DNA of 53,484 nucleotides from Patescibacteria group bacterium (GTDB lineage Bacteria; Patescibacteriota; Patescibacteriia; 2-12-FULL-57-11): NCBI GenBank assembly GCA_038054875.1, contig JBBUJK010000009.1, positions 1 to 53,484 of the forward strand, read 5' to 3'. Shown piece by piece: positions 48,811 to 53,484 of this stretch (position 1 is its first letter; each line of letters starts with the position of its first letter). The notes under the pieces were generated by a model. It saw only the letters and a program-made list of their open reading frames with translations, ran no database searches and was not told where the DNA came from. The position numbers and the translations under genes were made by a program.

Positions 48811-49509
48811 TCAAGAAGCTCCCAAGTATTTCCAGCGATACAGACGGGCCAGGTGACGAAGGTAGTTGAGGCCTTCCCGCGTGCCCATCTTGCTCTTGCC
48901 GACTTCCCTATTGCGGAAGACGTAGGGCACTTCCCGGACAGAGTCGATCCGTCCTTTGACCAGAATTTCCAGGAGAATTTTGTAACCGATCGGGGAAAGC
49001 GGCGCGCCATTCATGACCTCGCGACGCAGAACGAAAAAACCGGACATGGGATCGCGGACGCGCACGCCGAGCGGGCGGACGAACAGCGTGGCACACCACG
49101 AAGCGACCTTACGATACCACGGCCACTCCTCCACGGCGCCACCCGGAACGCTGCGGCTTCCGATGGCCACGTCGACTGTCTCGAGCGCGACCAGCAAATC
49201 CGCAAGGTGTGCGGGAGGATGAGACAAATCGGCATCCATGACACCCAAGACCTCGCCCGTGGCCTGACGGAATCCCTCCAACACGGCCGTGGAAAGGCCG
49301 CGCTCAGATCGCACGATGACATGCACCGGAAACGGCACCGACATACGGCGCACCTGTTCCACCGTGCCGTCACTCGATCCGTCGTCTACCACGATCACAT
49401 CCAGGTCATGACGCGGACGGATGGCCTGGGCGACGTCGGACAACCCCTGAAACAACGGAATGATCGAGCCGCGTTCATTCAATGTGGGAACCACCAAGGA
49501 TACGTGCAT
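48811..49509 (-). CDS. Glycosyltransferase family 2 (DPM1-like polyprenyl-phosphate glycosyltransferase)
   Basis: VSLVVPTLNERGSI, VVDDGSSDGT, MDADLSHPP. Confidence 0.85.
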   Translation of the reverse strand: MHVSLVVPTLNERGSIIPLFQGLSDVAQAIRPRHDLDVIVVDDGSSDGTVEQVRRMSVPFPVHVIVRSERGLSTAVLEGFRQATGEVLGVMDADLSHPPAHLADLLVALETVDVAIGSRSVPGGAVEEWPWYRKVASWCATLFVRPLGVRVRDPMSGFFVLRREVMNGAPLSPIGYKILLEILVKGRIDSVREVPYVFRNREVGKSKMGTREGLNYLRHLARLYRWKYLGAS

Positions 49510-49517
49510 ACCCCACG

Positions 49518-50387
49518 CTAGACGGACTTCCTGACCAACAGGACGAGGTTTCCCCCTTCAGCAAGATCGGACGGTTCGGCTATGCCGTCGGCGTGCCGAC
49601 GCAGCCCCATGCGTGAGATGGAAGAGAACGGCAGCGTCCCAAACCGCTTGGCCAGAACATGTTGAAGAAAGGAAAGCGGCAAACCGCGCTCCCAGGCTGC
49701 CGCGTGTTCTACGGTGAGCGTATACCGCCAAGAGATCAACTGGAGGCCGTGTCGCGCCAAGTCCGCCTGCCACTGCTCCGGAGACTGCAGCCAAAAATGA
49801 CGGAACTTCCGGTTAATGAAATCCACCCATTTCTCGCCTGCGCCGTGGCTGAACATGCGGTTCAAGAATGCGCGGATACGAAAATTTTTTGCAAAGAGAT
49901 GGGACGGGGCGGAAAAAAGGTACGTGCCCCCCGGCATGAGAATGCGTGCCACCTCACGAATGGTTCCATCCTTGTCCGGTATATGTTCAACGACGCTGTT
50001 GGAGAAGACGCTGCGGACCGAGGCGTCCGGCAATGGAATAGTGGAAGACGTCCCGCAAAACAGCTTCGTATACAGACCGCGCCGAGCGGCACGGTCAATT
50101 TCCCGTTGCTGAGGGTCGATGCCGTAGAGGGCTGCAGGCTGCCCGGTCTGGGGATCCACCGGCCGTCCGGTCCTGTTGAAAAATATCTCGGCGTAGGTCC
50201 CGTCACCGCAGCCCAAGTCCAGCAAGGGGCCTGCAAGCCGGCCATGCGCCGCCTGTGCCGAGGCCTCCGGCACGCGCCAGATGCAATGGGAGTACGGGTA
50301 GATCGCCGAAAACTTCTCGAGAAAGAAAGATTCGTCATGCATAACGCGAGACATCGTAGAACAAAGACGGACCTCCTGTCGAGTCAT
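49518..50387 (-). CDS. Class I SAM methyltransferase (no zinc ribbon)
   Basis: LLDLGCGDGTY motif I, VFSNSVVEHIPD; ATGA overlap with the upstream stop. Confidence 0.75.
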   Translation of the reverse strand: MTRQEVRLCSTMSRVMHDESFFLEKFSAIYPYSHCIWRVPEASAQAAHGRLAGPLLDLGCGDGTYAEIFFNRTGRPVDPQTGQPAALYGIDPQQREIDRAARRGLYTKLFCGTSSTIPLPDASVRSVFSNSVVEHIPDKDGTIREVARILMPGGTYLFSAPSHLFAKNFRIRAFLNRMFSHGAGEKWVDFINRKFRHFWLQSPEQWQADLARHGLQLISWRYTLTVEHAAAWERGLPLSFLQHVLAKRFGTLPFSSISRMGLRRHADGIAEPSDLAEGGNLVLLVRKSV

Positions 50388-51793
50388 CGCCGCTGCCAGA
50401 CGGCGACATGTCCATGACGGGCGACGAGTCTGTATTCCGGGAGATACGATTCAATCTCAGAAAGTTCATCGGATGCAACCAGCCACTCCGGCAACGCCTC
50501 GCTCAAAGGCGGGAGCGCACCGATACACAGTCGATCCGTAACCCGGAGATACTGACCGAATTCCCGACCACGGAAGAAGAAAGCGGCTTCCGGCGCATTG
50601 GCAAAGAACACCCCTGCGTCCGGATCGATCTGCTGCATCTGCGTACGAAGTGCGCGCCAGTCCGTACCAAACAGCGGCGCCGGGTCGCGAGCGTAGGCGT
50701 AGCCATTCGAAGCCAGCAACAACACCAGCACCACCAGTGCGACGCCCCGTGCGTACACGGAACGCATCCCCCGCCAGGACACCGGCAACAGCACGAGAAA
50801 TAAGATGTGGGCGATGAAGAAATATCTGTACCATCCGGCGGTCCGAAAATATGCCGCCCAGACGGCGATGGCCACGACTCCCATGTATGCCTCGACCGCG
50901 GACACACGGCGACGCACCAGCCAACCCAAGCCGGTCAAACCCGCAATGAACAACAAGTGAAGCGGCGTCGGGTCCGACACGAAACCGACGATGTTGCGCA
51001 ACACGGTCGCGCCCACATCAGCCACGCCGTACGGGTTCGTGTAGTGAAAAAACACGGTCGGCGACGGAAGACCTCCGAACTGCGTCACCCCCCAGACTGC
51101 CAAACCGACGGCAAAGGCCCCTGCGGCGACGAGTGGACCGCGCCACGACGAAACGGCACCTGCACGACGGAGCAGCAAGACCGCAAGCACCGCGGCCGGA
51201 ACGACCATCAAGAACTGCGGTTTGGTTGCCGTCGCCAGCACCGCAGCCATGCCGAAGAGCAGCCAATCGGAAAGGCGCCGTCCCCGAGAACGGCTGATGC
51301 GTTGAAGGAAGATGACCGAGAGGAGCAGGAAAAAAATGCCGGGAACTTCACCCAGAACGTTCTTCCCGTTGCCATACAACGGCGGGAAGGATGCGACGAG
51401 CGCGGCAGCGGCAAGTCCTGACTTGCGTCCGCCGAGCGCACGAGCGCAGAGCCCGGCGGCGATCACGGTGGCGACCAAAAAGGCAACCATCGTCCCGCGA
51501 GCGGCTTCAAACGTCGGCCCCGTCAGCTGGAAAACCGTTGCAAGGGAAACGATCAACGGGTACCCGACTGTCACAAAAGCAAGATTGCTCTCTTGACCGG
51601 GAGCAACAACGATCCCGAAGCGGCCGGTCTCCGCAAGATGCCTCGCCGCCTGAAGATAGATTCCCTCATCGAACCAGGGACGCGGGCTATCCAGGATGTT
51701 CCGCGTCGACACCAGGAGTGCAGCGGCAGCGATCAAGGACAGCATCACAAAAAACAAGATCTCTCGTCGCCGCTCCGAGAGATGCGCCATCAT
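50384..51793 (-). CDS. GT-C-fold membrane glycosyltransferase (family 39/83, ArnT/PMT-like)
   Basis: Trimmed to ATG 51793 (ATGA overlap); first-loop motif RPWFDEGIYLQAARHL, more than 10 TM helices. Confidence 0.65.
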   Translation of the reverse strand: MMAHLSERRREILFFVMLSLIAAAALLVSTRNILDSPRPWFDEGIYLQAARHLAETGRFGIVVAPGQESNLAFVTVGYPLIVSLATVFQLTGPTFEAARGTMVAFLVATVIAAGLCARALGGRKSGLAAAALVASFPPLYGNGKNVLGEVPGIFFLLLSVIFLQRISRSRGRRLSDWLLFGMAAVLATATKPQFLMVVPAAVLAVLLLRRAGAVSSWRGPLVAAGAFAVGLAVWGVTQFGGLPSPTVFFHYTNPYGVADVGATVLRNIVGFVSDPTPLHLLFIAGLTGLGWLVRRRVSAVEAYMGVVAIAVWAAYFRTAGWYRYFFIAHILFLVLLPVSWRGMRSVYARGVALVVLVLLLASNGYAYARDPAPLFGTDWRALRTQMQQIDPDAGVFFANAPEAAFFFRGREFGQYLRVTDRLCIGALPPLSEALPEWLVASDELSEIESYLPEYRLVARHGHVAVWQRR

Positions 51794-52662
51794 AAACGTG
51801 AAAAGCGTCTTCGAATATCTTCTGCGGTCAGCGGCCTCCCCCAGCGACTCGCGGGGAGCATGGGAATGGCAGCGCACAGCGGCGCCGCAGTCATCTGAAG
51901 GGATCCTGGCCGCTCCTCAAAAATGCCTGTCGGCTTCCACCCCGCCCGAAGAAGCAATAGTACCAGAGGGTAGGGCGAGAACGACGAGACGTGTTCGAAA
52001 ATGAAAAAGCGGCTCCGAGGATCCTTCGGCCGAGCGATGTTTGGCACGCTGATGAAGAGTTGCCCGTCCGCGCACATGAGGGGGACAAGCGAGCACAGGA
52101 ACGACACGGGATCCAAGATGTGTTCGAGAACCTGGTCGAGGACGATTCGATCGTAGGTTAGTGGAAATGCTGCAGGACGTCGGCGACGCCAAGCTTCATA
52201 ACTTCCGGCAAAGACGGTCAGATCAAGCCGTCGTGCCGTGCGGACGAATGCCGGCGCCGGCTCGATGCCCCAGACCCGGCTTCCATACTTGTCGCGCAAC
52301 GCGGCAAGAAATGCGCCTGTTCCCGTCCCGACCTCGAGCACTGCTGCGCCGCGCTTCCAAAAGCCGGGGAAGTAAGAAATCTTCTCCAAGGATCGTCGCG
52401 TCCGCCAGCGGAGCACCTCGTCGACGGACGCGTCACTTTGTGACAGACCGTAGACCTCCTTGGAATACGCGCCGCGATAAAACGCCGAGTAGACCCGGGT
52501 CAGAGGTCGTGGCGATGACCAGACCATGCCGCAGCCCGGGCAATGCACCGTCTTGAGCGTGCCCAGACCCGTTCTTTTCCGATCAATAACGGCCCCGGCT
52601 GGACCGCCGCAGACGGGGCAAGCCACAGGGCGGCGCATCAGGTGAGGAAGCGTTCGTTCCAT
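51790..52662 (-). CDS. Class I SAM methyltransferase with N-terminal zinc ribbon (paralogue 4)
   Basis: CPVCGG..CPGCGMVWSSP, VLEVGTGTG, RIVLDQVLEHI, VPNI..FIFEHVSSFSP. Confidence 0.8.
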   Translation of the reverse strand: MERTLPHLMRRPVACPVCGGPAGAVIDRKRTGLGTLKTVHCPGCGMVWSSPRPLTRVYSAFYRGAYSKEVYGLSQSDASVDEVLRWRTRRSLEKISYFPGFWKRGAAVLEVGTGTGAFLAALRDKYGSRVWGIEPAPAFVRTARRLDLTVFAGSYEAWRRRRPAAFPLTYDRIVLDQVLEHILDPVSFLCSLVPLMCADGQLFISVPNIARPKDPRSRFFIFEHVSSFSPYPLVLLLLRAGWKPTGIFEERPGSLQMTAAPLCAAIPMLPASRWGRPLTAEDIRRRFSRL

Positions 52663-53483
52663 CGGGCGAGGTTGATGAGCTGCCAGAAGAAAAAAGAGTT
52701 GTTGTCGCGCGGATCGTCGACGAAACTGCGGAAGGACGCCTGTGTTCGTTCGACGTCGATCATCGACAGACGGCGCATGCGCGGGTGGGCCAGCTCGGCG
52801 GCCACGAAGTCGCGCAGTTGTGCTTTGAACCAGATGGTTTGCGGCGACGACTGCGGACGCTTCTGCCGCGTGCGGAACTCCTCCGGCACGATGCCCCGCA
52901 TGGCTTCGCGCAACATGACCTTCGTCACCCCCCGCTCAATCTTCCAACGGTCTTCAAGCGAGAAGGCCAGTTCAACGATGCGATGATCAAGATACGGAAC
53001 GCGCAACTCTCGACCGTAGGCCATGGAGGCGTGGTCGTTGAAGCGCAGGACGCGCGGAAGTTTCGTGGCCGTGGTGTCCCGATACAGGCTGTTGGTCAAA
53101 TCACTCGAAAAGGGGCGATCGAACGACGGAACCGTAATGTCACGGCGCATGCGGGCGACCCACTCCGGCCGCAGGCACTTCGGCCGCAGGAAGGGACTGC
53201 CGTCCTGGAACACCGGGGCGCGGCTCTCCCGGGCGTCACGCATCATGAGCCGCAGGGCTCGCAGGATCCGCCACGGCGCAAGGCCCGGCGCCAGCCGCCG
53301 CAGCTCCGCGCCTATCCGCCTGAAATCGCCGTGATGGAGGTACTCGCGATACAGGGGGCCGAAGAAATAGCGGTAGCCGCCCAGCATCTCGTCGACGCCC
53401 TGTCCCTCGAGCAGCACCGTCACGCCTTCAGCCCGCGTCCGTTCCATCAGCTTCATGTAGCCGATCGTGGAGAGTCCGCCGAA
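52638..53483 (-). CDS. Asparagine synthetase (glutamine-hydrolysing)-like amidotransferase, C-terminal part; N-terminus off the right edge
   Basis: Frame stays open upstream of the track start to the window end (..FGGLSTIGYMKLMER..); VLLEGQGVDEMLGGYRYF and RFNDHASMAYGRELRVPYLD match the AsnB synthetase domain. Confidence 0.75.
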   Translation of the reverse strand, partial: FGGLSTIGYMKLMERTRAEGVTVLLEGQGVDEMLGGYRYFFGPLYREYLHHGDFRRIGAELRRLAPGLAPWRILRALRLMMRDARESRAPVFQDGSPFLRPKCLRPEWVARMRRDITVPSFDRPFSSDLTNSLYRDTTATKLPRVLRFNDHASMAYGRELRVPYLDHRIVELAFSLEDRWKIERGVTKVMLREAMRGIVPEEFRTRQKRPQSSPQTIWFKAQLRDFVAAELAHPRMRRLSMIDVERTQASFRSFVDDPRDNNSFFFWQLINLARWNERFLT

Positions 53484-53484
53484 C

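Overview
High-GC (roughly 60% by eye) bacterial window, almost entirely coding: about 49 protein genes, 44 of them on the minus strand, many joined by 4-nt ATGA/GTGA overlaps. No rRNA, tRNA, CRISPR array, transposase or integrase was seen. Gene content (PEGA protein, RNase H-like exonuclease, long-form RmlA, many GT-C membrane proteins) loosely resembles uncultivated Patescibacteria/CPR-type genomes, but that is a low-confidence inference.

Left end (1-6.8 kb), housekeeping genes:
- A partial class II ribonucleotide reductase, nrdJ. It is absent from the supplied ORF track because it runs off the window, and it is preceded by tandem NrdR boxes.
- An RNase H-like exonuclease, a cupredoxin-like lipoprotein, murA and a PEGA-domain protein.

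The rest (about 7.9-53.5 kb) is one large cell-surface glycopolymer locus:
- rmlA/D/C/B, five GT1/GT2 glycosyltransferases and several GT-C-type membrane proteins.
- GtrA, DUF2304 and a WbaP-like priming transferase.
- A UDP-GlcA branch (Ugd-like, UXS-like, epimerase), two CDP-alcohol phosphotransferases and a TagF-like protein.
- Six methyltransferase domains (four are Zn-ribbon paralogues) and an AsnB-like amidotransferase.
- An S8 protease with FG-GAP repeats.

Features most worth a second look:
1. Two families of about 45-nt GC-rich palindromic elements sit in frame inside unrelated coding sequences, much like Rickettsia RPEs. Two further hairpin repeat families are intergenic.
2. A 6-kb type III R-M operon is embedded in the glycan locus. 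It carries two extra genes between mod and res: a two-TM protein and a NYN-domain nuclease. The mod recognition domain is AT-rich.
3. A module for activating an alcohol or cyclitol phosphate: a nucleotidyltransferase fused to a dehydroquinate-synthase-like domain, an APH-type kinase, a second nucleotidyltransferase, a Zn-ADH, a Nudix protein and a CDP-alcohol transferase.
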